DNA from: Endomicrobiales bacterium
GTDB taxonomy: Bacteria > Elusimicrobiota > Endomicrobiia > Endomicrobiales > JALOBY01
NCBI GenBank assembly: GCA_023228045.1
Contig: JALOBY010000003.1
Location: 1,294-65,293, forward strand
Direction of reading: 5' to 3'
DNA length: 64,000 nucleotides
Position 1 is the stretch's first letter. Every line of letters begins with the position of its first letter. The position numbers and the translations under genes were made by a program. Below, one piece after another: positions 9,760 through 19,469 of the stretch. Under the pieces are notes generated by a model. It was not told where the DNA came from, ran no database searches, and worked only from the letters and a program-made list of their open reading frames with translations.

Positions 9760-10610
9760 TTAGATCCTTCTCCTCTTAATGGTATATGGGCTCTTAACTT
9801 TTTTGCAATTGGAACTTCTTTAGGGTTCACTCCTAACTTTCCGTCGCCCATAGCTTTTTCAATTTTCCTTACAGCACCTACCAACATTCTTAGCCCTGAC
9901 GGTTCAACCGAAGCCGACTGGTCAGAACCATACATCGCTCTGTCTAGAGTAATATGGCGCTCAAGGGAAGATATTCCCATTGTTGCCGCGGCATAACTTA
10001 CAGCCAATCCAACCTCATGGCCACTGTAACCCACATTGCATTTATATCTTTCTTTCAGAGTTTCTATGCAATTAAGATTAGCATCTTCATCATCCATAGG
10101 ATAAGTTGAAACTGCATGCATCAATTCAAAAGGACAATTTGCTTTCTTAAATATTTCAACGGCATGATCTATTTGTTCTACTGTACTCATACCCGTAGAA
10201 ACAAATGTATGTTTTTTTTCTGATGCAATCTCTTTTAGGAGATTATCGTAAGTAATCATTGCGGAAGCAACTTTGTTATATTTTAAATTAAATTGCCGCA
10301 GGAATTTTTGGCTCTCTACATCCCAGGCAGAGGCAAACCACTCTATTTTTAACTCTTTGCAATATTGGTCTATCTGTTTGTACTGTTCTGACCCAAACTC
10401 AAGGCCTTCTTTTTGAGCTCTCTGGGTTTTTCCCCAAGGGCTTTCCCTTAAAGAATCTAAAAGTTCTTTGGTATAAACCAAATCAATTGTGCGTTTTTGA
10501 AATTTAACTGCATCACATCCTGCTTCTTTTGCAACTTTAATCAGGTCTTTGGCAATATTGATATCCCCATTGTGGTTGATCCCGATCTCTGCAATAATAA
10601 AAATTGACAT
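9756..10610 (-). CDS. NeuB-family PEP-condensing sugar synthase, short form without an evident C-terminal SAF domain
   Basis: It has IIAEIGINHNGDINIAKDLIKVAKEAGCDAVKFQKR and ..YSGHEVG.. It is about 284 aa, against about 335-357 aa for NeuB/PseI/LegI. ATG 10610 is preferred because GGAGG lies 9 nt upstream; the track start is 10619. Confidence 0.7.
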   Translation of the reverse strand: MSIFIIAEIGINHNGDINIAKDLIKVAKEAGCDAVKFQKRTIDLVYTKELLDSLRESPWGKTQRAQKEGLEFGSEQYKQIDQYCKELKIEWFASAWDVESQKFLRQFNLKYNKVASAMITYDNLLKEIASEKKHTFVSTGMSTVEQIDHAVEIFKKANCPFELMHAVSTYPMDDEDANLNCIETLKERYKCNVGYSGHEVGLAVSYAAATMGISSLERHITLDRAMYGSDQSASVEPSGLRMLVGAVRKIEKAMGDGKLGVNPKEVPIAKKLRAHIPLRGEGSK

Positions 10611-10780
10611 TTTACACATCCTCCTCTATATTTATTTGATTTGACACACAAGAACCTGCCATCCTTTTTGAATTAGCATTATCTATTTAATCGGTATCCT
10701 TTTACCATTAAGATTCAGCACAATTATCTTCTTGAATAGTTTTTAAAAAATACTGCAAAAACATTCTATGCATTATTGTA

Positions 10781-11368
10781 TCAATCCTTGGCATTCCCGA
10801 ATAATTCTTTCTCTACAATTGCGCAAATGATGTGACATATCAAAATATGCGATTCTTGAATCCGTGGGGTTTCCATAGACGGGATTTGGATACAGTAGTC
10901 ACACAGCGGCTTCATATCTCCACCAGTGTTATTGGTAAAACCTACTGTTCTGATACCCATGTGTTTGCATATTTTTAATGCTTCAATGATATTTTTTGAA
11001 TTGCCAGATGTGGATATTGCAAAAAAGATGTCGCCTGTTTTGCCATTGGCTTCTATTTGGCGGACAAAGGTTTTTTCATAGCCGTAGTCGTTACCGATTG
11101 CGGTTAATATAGAAGTGTTAGTGGTAAGTGCTATTGAGGCAAGGCCGGGGCGGTCAAAATAAAACTTGCTTACAAATTCTGCTGCAATGTGCTGGGCATC
11201 GGCAGCACTTCCGCCGTTGCCGGCTATTAATGTTTTATTTCCTGTTTTGTATGCAGATATCACTTCTTTGGAAACAGCTGCTATAGTGTTAATAAATTCA
11301 GGTTTTTGAAGTATTTTGAGTTTGACATCGCATGAGGTTTGAATTTGGTCCTTGATATACTGGTTCAT
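10781..11368 (-). CDS. gmhA: SIS-domain sugar-phosphate isomerase, GmhA-like (sedoheptulose-7-P isomerase family)
   Basis: It has ..LIAGNGGSAADAQHIAAEF.., ..ISTSGNSKNI.. and ..QESHILICH.. The track start is TTG 11392. I prefer ATG 11368, which has a purine-rich GGGGAAGAAAGG upstream. Confidence 0.7.
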   Translation of the reverse strand: MNQYIKDQIQTSCDVKLKILQKPEFINTIAAVSKEVISAYKTGNKTLIAGNGGSAADAQHIAAEFVSKFYFDRPGLASIALTTNTSILTAIGNDYGYEKTFVRQIEANGKTGDIFFAISTSGNSKNIIEALKICKHMGIRTVGFTNNTGGDMKPLCDYCIQIPSMETPRIQESHILICHIICAIVEKELFGNAKD

Positions 11369-11421
11369 TATACCTTTCTTCCCCTTAAACAACTCAAGAT
11401 ATCCTGGTTTTTATAGGATGT

Positions 11422-12495
11422 CTACTTTTGCAACCGTAATGGATTGGGACCTTTTATATCTACTAAATCCAAACTAAATGGTGTTCCAAATTCAACATTT
11501 CTCACCACTTTCTTACCTAAAATTTCTTTGTAATATTTAGGATGTAACCCATATCCAGGCCTAATAACTTTTATGTTTTCTTCTGTTAAAACATCGCCTT
11601 TTTTTATATTCTTTGAAACAAATATGGATTTACAAAGTTTTCGAGATTTTTTAATTTTATCGCTTAAGCTATAATCAACTTCACCTAATATTTTTTCTGT
11701 TTCTCTAACGCACCTTACCATCTCTTTAAATTCATTTGGCTCCAATGAAAAACTGGCATCTGGTCCGCCAATAGTTTTGTCTAAAATAAAATGTTTTTCT
11801 ATTACCTTAGCACCTAACGCTACTGCTGTAATTGGTGCTGTTATTCCTAAACTATGATCTGATAATCCGACTATCTTCCCAAATTTATTTGCCATGTCTG
11901 GAATTGTTATTAAATTCATTTCTGACGGTTGCGTTGGGTAATTAGATGTGCATTTAAGCAAAACTACATCCTCATTCCCACATTTTTTGCATGTATCTAT
12001 TGCAAGATTTATATCTTCTATTTCTGCTATTCCTGTTGCAAAAATGATAGGTTTATTTTTTGAAGCAACATATTCTATTAATGGAATATCCGTTATTTCA
12101 AATGAAGCAATTTTATAACACGGAACATTTAATTCTTCCAAAAAATCAACAGCGGTTTTATCAAATGGAGATGAAAAGAATATTAATCCGATAGATTCAG
12201 CAAAATCTTTTAGTTTTGGTTGCCACTCCCAGGGCATATAGGCATCTTTATATAACTGATAAAGTGTTTTGCCATCCCAAATTGTTTCTTGATTAATTTT
12301 AAAGCAATCATTGTTAGAATCTAATGTCATTGTATCTGGCGTATAGGTTTGAAGTTTAACTGCATCTGCGCCAGATTCTTTCATAGCTTTTATTGTGGCT
12401 TTTGCGAAATCAAAACTGTGATTATGGTTTGCTGATAACTCAGCAATTATAAATGCGGGTGCTTGCCCGCCAATTTCCCTATTAGCTATTTTCAT
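11422..12495 (-). CDS. pseI: pseudaminic acid synthase
   Basis: 357 aa. It has MKIANREIGGQAPAFIIAELSANHNHSFD..AVKLQTYTPDT and a C-terminal SAF-like region. It sits in a cluster with pseB/C/H. Confidence 0.8.
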   Translation of the reverse strand: MKIANREIGGQAPAFIIAELSANHNHSFDFAKATIKAMKESGADAVKLQTYTPDTMTLDSNNDCFKINQETIWDGKTLYQLYKDAYMPWEWQPKLKDFAESIGLIFFSSPFDKTAVDFLEELNVPCYKIASFEITDIPLIEYVASKNKPIIFATGIAEIEDINLAIDTCKKCGNEDVVLLKCTSNYPTQPSEMNLITIPDMANKFGKIVGLSDHSLGITAPITAVALGAKVIEKHFILDKTIGGPDASFSLEPNEFKEMVRCVRETEKILGEVDYSLSDKIKKSRKLCKSIFVSKNIKKGDVLTEENIKVIRPGYGLHPKYYKEILGKKVVRNVEFGTPFSLDLVDIKGPNPLRLQK

Positions 12496-13024
12496 TTGTT
12501 ATTCCCATAACTACGACATTTATCCACGATTTGTTATTGTAAACAAATTCCTTAAGAAGGCCTTCCCTGATGAATCCATTTCTTTCGTAAAACTTTATTG
12601 CCCGTTCATTGTTTTCAAAAACTTCAAGTTTTAAGGTATGAAGTTTAAACTCAATAAATGCTAAGTATTTTAAACAATCAATTAAAACATGCCCCAAACC
12701 CTTAATTTTAATTGATGGATTTGTGTATATGCCTAAGTAGGCATTTTTATTTTCAGTGTGTAGTTTATTTATTGAGATTACCCCAATGTAGTTACCTGAA
12801 GAGTCACGAACAAGCCAGTAATGATTTGATTTGTCGTTTTTTAATTTTTTAATGAATTTTAAGTGTTCACTTAATTTAATAATATGTCTACCATACATCC
12901 ACTTTAATATAGAAGTATCATTTCGCATTGAGAGAACAATTTTGTGTTGTTCATCAGTGAGATTAATGAAGTTTGTTAGAGTGTTACCGTTGATTGCAAT
13001 ATGTGTTCCGTTATGACTTTTCAT
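12482..13024 (-). CDS. pseH: GNAT N-acetyltransferase, PseH-like (UDP-4-amino-4,6-dideoxy-AltNAc N-acetyltransferase)
   Basis: 180 aa. ..LTNFINLTDEQHKIVLSMRNDTSILKWMY..HLKFIKKLKND.. closely parallels the PseH layout as recalled from Campylobacter. Confidence 0.7.
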   Translation of the reverse strand: MKSHNGTHIAINGNTLTNFINLTDEQHKIVLSMRNDTSILKWMYGRHIIKLSEHLKFIKKLKNDKSNHYWLVRDSSGNYIGVISINKLHTENKNAYLGIYTNPSIKIKGLGHVLIDCLKYLAFIEFKLHTLKLEVFENNERAIKFYERNGFIREGLLKEFVYNNKSWINVVVMGITNENS

Positions 13025-13775
13025 TTATTATTGTATTTATTCTGAGTACATCTGCTGAAAAATCGTCCAAATTTTCATTGGAGTTTTTGTATGTTTCAAG
13101 TGTTATTAAGCTTTCTTTTGGGAGCAGTTCAATTATTTTTTTAATTGGATAATTTTCATTCCCAATGTGGTAATGTTTATCATAAATTGAATCAAATTTA
13201 TTATCAACCAAATGAAACATTTTTGGGTTAAACTTTAAGAATTGCTTAATATATTCAATGGCATCTAATTTATTTGCGTTTGCTGCACAAATTGCATGAC
13301 CAATGTCTAAGCAAAAGCCAACATTGGTATTGTTTAAAACATAATCAATTTCTTCAATAGTGGCTCCATTGCAAATAGAGTTGTTCATTTCAATAAAGTA
13401 TGGTTTATTCTCAATTAAAATTCTTTTGTCGTTAATTTCGTTTAGTTGTTCAACTGTTTCTTTTATATCGCCGGCTATACCAGGGTGGAATATTATATAT
13501 TTAGCGTTTAATATATTTGCAAATTCTATTGCTTCTTTTGCTGCTAACATATTTTTAATTTTACATTCTTTTTTTGCTAAATTTACACCATCTTTAAAGT
13601 GTGACGCATGTATTATAAATGGGATTTTAAAATTTTTCCATATTGACACATTGTTAAGCGAATTTGGAATTACATACAGCTCAATGTAACTGTATGTCCC
13701 ACTACTGTACAACCTTTTTGCTTCCTCAATATAATTCGAATTTGTTGACCACAACTTTAAGCCAATATTTATCAT
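13011..13775 (-). CDS. sugar-phosphate isomerase/epimerase (xylose-isomerase-like TIM barrel, AP_endonuc_2 family)
   Basis: 254 aa. It has ..IIFHPG.., ..ILIENK.. and ..GFCLDIGH.. metal-ligand style motifs. Confidence 0.55.
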   Translation of the reverse strand: MINIGLKLWSTNSNYIEEAKRLYSSGTYSYIELYVIPNSLNNVSIWKNFKIPFIIHASHFKDGVNLAKKECKIKNMLAAKEAIEFANILNAKYIIFHPGIAGDIKETVEQLNEINDKRILIENKPYFIEMNNSICNGATIEEIDYVLNNTNVGFCLDIGHAICAANANKLDAIEYIKQFLKFNPKMFHLVDNKFDSIYDKHYHIGNENYPIKKIIELLPKESLITLETYKNSNENLDDFSADVLRINTIINEKS

Positions 13776-15094
13776 GTTAACCGTTTAAACCCTGAGTGGC
13801 ACACTGGGCCTTGAAGATATTTTTTTGGGTTACCTGACTTTAACGCATCAGCAATAAACTTAAATGCTTTATCAACCGCGACAAAATAACTTTTAACATG
13901 TTTTTCTTTATGGGCAAATGATGCATAGAAGGCGGTGCTAGCTAAAAACCCATTTTCCAACATAACCTGCGTGAATAAAGTTTTAAGAACAAGCGGTTCA
14001 TTGTACTCAAATGAAAAGTGGCTTAATGGGTATATGCCGCCGCAATGAATTTTTAAAGAGTGTTTTTTCGCGGCTTTAAGCCAACCTTGTTGAACCAACT
14101 TCCCAGTTTTTTCTAAATGTTTGTGGACATTGTTTTTCTTAAATTTCTTTATTGTTGCTAATGCCGCTGTAGGGCCGATTTTGTCGGTCCAATAGGTGCT
14201 GCTAATAAATGTTTCTTGTGCTATTTGCATATAATTTCTTGTGCCAATTATTGCGGCCATAGGGAATCCATTGCTTATGCCTTTTGCAAAAACTGCCAAA
14301 TCGGGCTTTAAATTATAAAGCAAATGTGCGCCACCAACATTTAGGCGCCAGCCAGCAGTTATTTCATCAATTATTAAGGGTATTTTGTTTTTTTTGGTTT
14401 CAGTTCTAATGGCTTCTATAAATTCCTTGTTTGGCTGGGTGTTTCGTATTGATTCCATTATTACAGCGCCAATTTCACCTTTATGTTCTTTTATAAGCTT
14501 CAAGAAGTGCTTAGTGTCATTGTAATTGAAAGGAAACGATGTTTTATTTAATGCACGCGGCACACCTAAAGGGCTTAATCCAGGGAGCAAATGTCCATCT
14601 AATGACTTACTGTCGGCTATGTTTGATGATAGGTACCAATCGTGCCAGCCATGATAACCACAAAACAATACTATATCTTTTCCTGTTTTTGCTCTTGCTA
14701 CTCTTACTGCTAATGACATTGCCTCGCCGCCTGTTCTACAATATCTAACCATATCAGCCCATTTATGTAAACCCAACAAGAGATTGGCGAGTTCAACTTC
14801 TTCAGGAGCATTCAGCGTGGTCATATTACCGGCATCTACAGCAGATTTAACAGCTTTATTTACATCTGGGTCGGCATAACCAAGTACGCAGGATCCAATA
14901 CCCATATAACTCATATCTATGTATTTTCTATTATCTAAATCCCAAACTTCACAGCCTTTTGCCTTGCTGTAATAAGCGGGCCAGTAATTTGGTAAAAACA
15001 TTTCAGGTCTTTTGGATAATAGCTGTGTTCCTCCTGGTATCAGGAGTTTTGCTTTTTCATAAAGCTTTTGTGATTTGCCAATTTTGTTTTTCAT
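13772..15094 (-). CDS. class III aminotransferase, glutamate-1-semialdehyde aminomutase-like
   Basis: 440 aa. It has ..GGTQLLSKRPE.., ..RTGGEAMSLAVRVARA.., ..IIDEITAGWR.. and ..FAKGISNGFPMAA.. (PLP Lys). Confidence 0.75.
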   Translation of the reverse strand: MKNKIGKSQKLYEKAKLLIPGGTQLLSKRPEMFLPNYWPAYYSKAKGCEVWDLDNRKYIDMSYMGIGSCVLGYADPDVNKAVKSAVDAGNMTTLNAPEEVELANLLLGLHKWADMVRYCRTGGEAMSLAVRVARAKTGKDIVLFCGYHGWHDWYLSSNIADSKSLDGHLLPGLSPLGVPRALNKTSFPFNYNDTKHFLKLIKEHKGEIGAVIMESIRNTQPNKEFIEAIRTETKKNKIPLIIDEITAGWRLNVGGAHLLYNLKPDLAVFAKGISNGFPMAAIIGTRNYMQIAQETFISSTYWTDKIGPTAALATIKKFKKNNVHKHLEKTGKLVQQGWLKAAKKHSLKIHCGGIYPLSHFSFEYNEPLVLKTLFTQVMLENGFLASTAFYASFAHKEKHVKSYFVAVDKAFKFIADALKSGNPKKYLQGPVCHSGFKRLT

Positions 15095-15855
15095 TTTTTT
15101 ATCTCTTTATCGTTATTTACTGACTTGATATATCCTAAATTGCGTGTAATTGCCGAGTTGATTTTTTCTAATTCAGGCTTTTTTTGTAATAAACTTAGAA
15201 CTTCATTCATTCCAAAAAGTTCATTTTGCTTGTATAGTTCGGAATAAACCTTTTTAATAAATTCATAATCTTCAGGGTTATCTAATGTCCACCTTTTGTT
15301 AGATAAGTTTTGAGCACAACTCACATTTCCGATTTTGAAAATTTCACTATTGTTTCTTATAAATGGCGTGACATGTTCTCTTTCGGATAATAGTTTTGCA
15401 TTTTCCCATGCGTTTTTGAGTGCTGCAAAGGTAAATACCTCAACATCTTCCCCGTCTGGAAATGTTTCGTCTAGTGTGTTTGATGTGTAGTCATTTTTTT
15501 GTTTAAGATGAACATCAATAACATTGTCAATTATGGAAGGGTCTATTATAGGGCAGTCGGCTGTTATTCTTACAATGTGATCAGGTGAGAACAATTTTGC
15601 TGACTGATAAAACCTGTCTAATACATCATTTTCAGAGCCACAGAAGACTTGTATATTATTTTTAATGCAGATTTCAAGAATTGGTAAATCACTTTTTGAT
15701 ATTGTTGTTGCAAGAAGTGTATCAGTTGTTAGTTTACTTGCTTTTGCACGCCTAATTACTTGTTCAAGAACTGTTTTGCCTTCTAAGTTTAATAATACCT
15801 TTGAAGGAAGCCGAGTTGAGCCGGTTCTTGCTTGGATTATTAATAGTATTTTCAT
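15091..15855 (-). CDS. SpsF-type cytidylyltransferase (CMP-sugar synthetase homolog, possible PseF role)
   Basis: It has MKILLIIQARTGSTRLPSKVLLNLEGKTVLEQVIRR. ATG 15855 forms an ATGA overlap with the stop of the upstream aldo/keto reductase. The track start is 15867. Confidence 0.7.
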   Translation of the reverse strand: MKILLIIQARTGSTRLPSKVLLNLEGKTVLEQVIRRAKASKLTTDTLLATTISKSDLPILEICIKNNIQVFCGSENDVLDRFYQSAKLFSPDHIVRITADCPIIDPSIIDNVIDVHLKQKNDYTSNTLDETFPDGEDVEVFTFAALKNAWENAKLLSEREHVTPFIRNNSEIFKIGNVSCAQNLSNKRWTLDNPEDYEFIKKVYSELYKQNELFGMNEVLSLLQKKPELEKINSAITRNLGYIKSVNNDKEIKK

Positions 15856-16718
15856 TGTAGGTTCCATTTAGTAGGTAAAATCATATTTTCATCTTTTACT
15901 TCTAAGCATGTTAAAGCCGTGTAAACATTTTTAACTCGCCGCATTTCTTTTAAACTTTCTATATTTTCATTTAGGTTATTTAAGCTATCTACCCCAATTA
16001 CTACCTTGTCTATGTTGCTGTTAAGACACGCAAAACACAAACACAATGAGTTTACCGCTATTTTTTGTTCTTTAGAAATTTCCGCAAGCTTTTTTATTTT
16101 TTGTTTTATAGGCGCAAAAAATGAATTAAGTTCATTTGGATTTTTAAACACTAACCCTTGAAGAAAAACTGACCTTGTATGAACTTCTATTCCTTTTTTT
16201 TTGCATATCTGAAAACAAGTTGCAAAGCGTTGGTCAAAAACACTATAAGGCGCTTGTATAATATCAGGCATTATTCCACTTACTAATACTTCGTCAAATT
16301 CTACAGGGTTGTAAAAAGAAAATCCAATTTTACTTACCTTCCCTTTTTGTTTAAGTTCTTGAAGTTTTTCCCACAAAGAATTATTATTTTTAAAATCATT
16401 AAAGTTGTGTATTAAAAGACCATAAATATTATTGATATGTAGGCGAGCCAATGAGCTTTCAATTCCTTCTATGCAATTAGTATTTGATGTGATTTTAGAT
16501 ATTATTTTTATATTGCTGTTTGTTTTACTTATAAATGCGCCTATTACCTCTTCGCTGTCGCCGTATGCTGCTGCCGTGTCTAATGTATCAATAGAATTAT
16601 TCATAGCACTGTTTAAAATTTCAAAAGCAGTTTCTTTGGGAATTTTCCCGGATGAATTGTTAATCCCATAATTAAGTCCAAATTGAGCTGTACCAAGAGC
16701 AAGTTTACTTGACATCAT
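15852..16718 (-). CDS. aldo/keto reductase
   Basis: 288 aa. It has LALGTAQFGLNYG.., ..DTLDTAAAYGDSEEVIG.. and ..LLIHN.. Confidence 0.75.
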   Translation of the reverse strand: MMSSKLALGTAQFGLNYGINNSSGKIPKETAFEILNSAMNNSIDTLDTAAAYGDSEEVIGAFISKTNSNIKIISKITSNTNCIEGIESSLARLHINNIYGLLIHNFNDFKNNNSLWEKLQELKQKGKVSKIGFSFYNPVEFDEVLVSGIMPDIIQAPYSVFDQRFATCFQICKKKGIEVHTRSVFLQGLVFKNPNELNSFFAPIKQKIKKLAEISKEQKIAVNSLCLCFACLNSNIDKVVIGVDSLNNLNENIESLKEMRRVKNVYTALTCLEVKDENMILPTKWNLQ

Positions 16719-17865
16719 TAATTACCTTTAAAACTGTTTTGGCAACATATTCTACTTCAGAGTTTGTCATGCTTGGGAACAGAGGTAAACTTAAAGCTGC
16801 TTTGTAATAATTTTCTGCGTTTGCACATATATTTGATTTGTATCCAATCGACTTATAATACGGTTGTTTATAAACTGGAATGTAATGAACTTGCGTGCCA
16901 ATGTGTTCTTCTTTTAGCTTTGAAACAATTAATTTTCTTTTTGAAAAAAGATTTGGTTTTAATTTTACAACATAGAGATGATAAGAAGAAGAATAGCATT
17001 CATTTTCAACTGGGGTTGAAAAAAATGGATTATTTTTGAATATTTTATTGTATTTTTTAACTATTTCTTTTCTTTTATTTATAAAAGAATCTAACTTTTT
17101 GATTTGTGAAATTCCGAGCGCGCATTGTATATCTGTAATTCGGTAGTTGTATCCTAATTCTTGCATTTCATAATACCACTCGCCATCAGGATTGTTTATA
17201 AAGTTTGATTTTGTAATACCGTGAGACCTTAACTTTATTAGCTTATCATACATATCCCTTCTGTTAGTAAGTATCATGCCACCTTCACCGGTAGTTATGT
17301 GTTTTACTGGGTGAAAACTTAGTATTGTCATATCGGAGTGCGCACAAGAACCAACTTTAATCCATTTATTGTTGTGCTTATATTTTGCACCTAAAGCGTG
17401 AGCGGCATCTTCAATAACAGTTAATTTGTGTTTTTTTGCGAGTGTGTATATTTGCGGCATATTGCAAGGGTGACCAGCAAAATGAACAGGGATTAATACT
17501 TTAGTGCGAGGTGTAATTTTTTTTTCAATGTCTTTGATTGATATGTTTGCGGTTTCATTTTCAATATCAGCAAATACTGGTTTTGCATTACAGTAAAGCA
17601 TACAATTTGAAGATGCAACAAATGTTATTGGCGATGTTATACCTTCGTTATTTTCACCAAGCCCTGCGGCAAGGCAAGCCAAGTGCAGAGCTGCAGTACC
17701 ATTAGAAACCGCAACAGCATATTTCACTCCACAATATTTTGCCACAGCTTGCTCAAATTCGCCAACTTTCGGACCCTGCGTTAATAGCTGTGACTTTAAA
17801 GTTTTAATGACTTCTTTAATGTCTTCTGAATCGATTGATTGTCGTCCGTAAGGTATAAAGTTCAT
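16705..17865 (-). CDS. pseC: UDP-4-amino-4,6-dideoxy-N-acetyl-beta-L-altrosamine transaminase (DegT family)
   Basis: 386 aa. It has MNFIPYGRQSIDSEDIKEVIKTLKSQLLTQGPKVGEFE.. and ..SFHPVKHITTGEGG.. (PLP Lys). It sits directly downstream of pseB. Confidence 0.82.
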   Translation of the reverse strand: MNFIPYGRQSIDSEDIKEVIKTLKSQLLTQGPKVGEFEQAVAKYCGVKYAVAVSNGTAALHLACLAAGLGENNEGITSPITFVASSNCMLYCNAKPVFADIENETANISIKDIEKKITPRTKVLIPVHFAGHPCNMPQIYTLAKKHKLTVIEDAAHALGAKYKHNNKWIKVGSCAHSDMTILSFHPVKHITTGEGGMILTNRRDMYDKLIKLRSHGITKSNFINNPDGEWYYEMQELGYNYRITDIQCALGISQIKKLDSFINKRKEIVKKYNKIFKNNPFFSTPVENECYSSSYHLYVVKLKPNLFSKRKLIVSKLKEEHIGTQVHYIPVYKQPYYKSIGYKSNICANAENYYKAALSLPLFPSMTNSEVEYVAKTVLKVINDVK

Positions 17866-17866
17866 T

Positions 17867-18865
17867 TTAGTAAATAATTTCTATTGTGTTTAAGAGTGTT
17901 TTTATTTCTTCTATGTTTATTTTTTGAGGATTAGTATTTGACGAGTACATGAATCCTTCACTTACTTTCTTACCACCTTTAGTGAAATGTTTTTCAAAGT
18001 TCCACCAATTGAAATGTGGGTAAATTATATATGTTTGAGCATATTCATAAGTGTTTCTAGCATCTTCTTCGGTTATCATTACTTCGTGAAGTTTTTCGCC
18101 TTCCCGTATACCTATTTCGTCAATTTCAACAGATGGGAGCATTGCTTTTGCTAAGTCAATCATTTTGCAAGAAGGTATTTTAGCTACATATATTTCCCCG
18201 CCCTTTGCTTCGCCCAAAGCTTTTATTACGAGGTCTATTCCTTGCTCAAGCGTGATCCAAAACCTTGTCATTCTTATATCTGTGACTGGAAGTTTTTTTA
18301 TGCCTTTATCAATTAGTGACTTAAAAAATGGAATAACGGAACCTCTACTGCCGGTAACATTACCATAGCGAACAACACTAAAAACTGTTTTGCGTGATCC
18401 AGAATAGGCATTTGCTGAAACAAATAATTTATCTGAAACTAATTTAGTAGCACCATATAGATTTATAGGGTTGCAAGCTTTATCAGTTGAAAGTGCTACA
18501 ACTTTATTTACACCTTTATCTATGGCGGCATCTATTACATTTTCTGCCCCATGTATGTTGGTTTTTATTGCCTCTATAGGGTTATATTCAGCGGCTGGAA
18601 CATGTTTTAATGCGGCAGCGTGCACAACTACATCAACGCCCTCAAATGCACGGCAGAGGCGTTCTTTATCGCGAACATCTCCAATAAAAAACCTAAGTTT
18701 GTCATTGTATTTTTCAAATTGCTTTTGCATTATATATTGTTTGTATTCATCTCTTGAGTACACAATTACTTTTTTTGGGTCATATTTTTCAAATAAACGC
18801 TTTATAAACGATTTTCCAAATGATCCTGTTCCGCCAGTTACAAGTATGATTTTTCCTGTCAACAT
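17867..18865 (-). CDS. pseB: UDP-N-acetylglucosamine 4,6-dehydratase (inverting)
   Basis: 332 aa. It has GKIILVTGGTGSFGKSFIKRL..VIVYSRDEYKQ and ..YGATKLVSDKLF.. Confidence 0.85.
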   Translation of the reverse strand: MLTGKIILVTGGTGSFGKSFIKRLFEKYDPKKVIVYSRDEYKQYIMQKQFEKYNDKLRFFIGDVRDKERLCRAFEGVDVVVHAAALKHVPAAEYNPIEAIKTNIHGAENVIDAAIDKGVNKVVALSTDKACNPINLYGATKLVSDKLFVSANAYSGSRKTVFSVVRYGNVTGSRGSVIPFFKSLIDKGIKKLPVTDIRMTRFWITLEQGIDLVIKALGEAKGGEIYVAKIPSCKMIDLAKAMLPSVEIDEIGIREGEKLHEVMITEEDARNTYEYAQTYIIYPHFNWWNFEKHFTKGGKKVSEGFMYSSNTNPQKINIEEIKTLLNTIEIIY

Positions 18866-18902
18866 AAATTCCCCTTGTTTAATTTATTAAAACATTTTTG
18901 CT

Positions 18903-19418
18903 TTAATCTTTAAGCAACAGTTGAGTATCTGAAAGGTATTTTAAAAGATCAATATTTTCACCCATGTCCGTTACCAAAATTACCACTTCAGTGTCAGTTG
19001 AAGTTTGTTTCCTGTCTATTGCTATATCTTTTGTTTTAAGGTTTTTTATGGCAATTTCAGCAATATCCGCAAGCTCGTCTGAACCGATAATTGAAAAAGA
19101 CCTGCACCCAAGCTTATAGTGTTTAATAACAAGTTCTTGGATCTGTTCCCTTATCTTTTTTAATAAACCCACTGTTCTTTTGGCAAATGCGTAAGAACGC
19201 GTTGCTTGTTCAGAAAACCCTTCTGGAGTTAAAAGGTATTGAATTTTTTTGCGATTTAAAAGCTTTGCTTTAATATATCCCTTTATTGTAAGGCGTTTTA
19301 TTATAAGATTTGTCAAACCCAAAGATATACCAGTTTTGATTGCAATAGAACGCTGATCTGGACTTTGATTGCTTGATATTTCTTTTATTACAGCAAATTC
19401 TTTATCGTTTATTGACAT
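18903..19418 (-). CDS. winged-helix (MarR-like) DNA-binding protein with an uncharacterised C-terminal domain
   Basis: ..QRSIAIKTGISLGLTNLIIKRLTIKGYIKA..YLLTPEG.. is an HTH plus wing pattern. The track start is 19439. ATG 19418 has GGGGA 4 nt upstream. It is the first gene after the promoter and operator. Confidence 0.55.
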   Translation of the reverse strand: MSINDKEFAVIKEISSNQSPDQRSIAIKTGISLGLTNLIIKRLTIKGYIKAKLLNRKKIQYLLTPEGFSEQATRSYAFAKRTVGLLKKIREQIQELVIKHYKLGCRSFSIIGSDELADIAEIAIKNLKTKDIAIDRKQTSTDTEVVILVTDMGENIDLLKYLSDTQLLLKD

Positions 19419-19452
19419 ATTTCCCCAAAATTTAAACATGCGACAAATCGTT

Positions 19453-19469
19453 TGTTCAACTGTTGAACA
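19453..19469. promoter_or_regulatory. perfect 8-1-8 palindrome, candidate operator
   Basis: TGTTCAAC-T-GTTGAACA on the plus strand. It abuts the predicted -10 hexamer, overlapping it by 1 nt, and covers the likely transcription start. Confidence 0.45.

Noticed and set aside
10620-10780. A 161-nt intergenic gap between gmhA and the NeuB-like gene. It has the same length as the repeat element, so I considered a further copy or a riboswitch.
   Set aside because: It has no sequence similarity to the element and no inverted repeats. I recognised no riboswitch-like conserved core and could not support a promoter. The length match is treated as coincidence.
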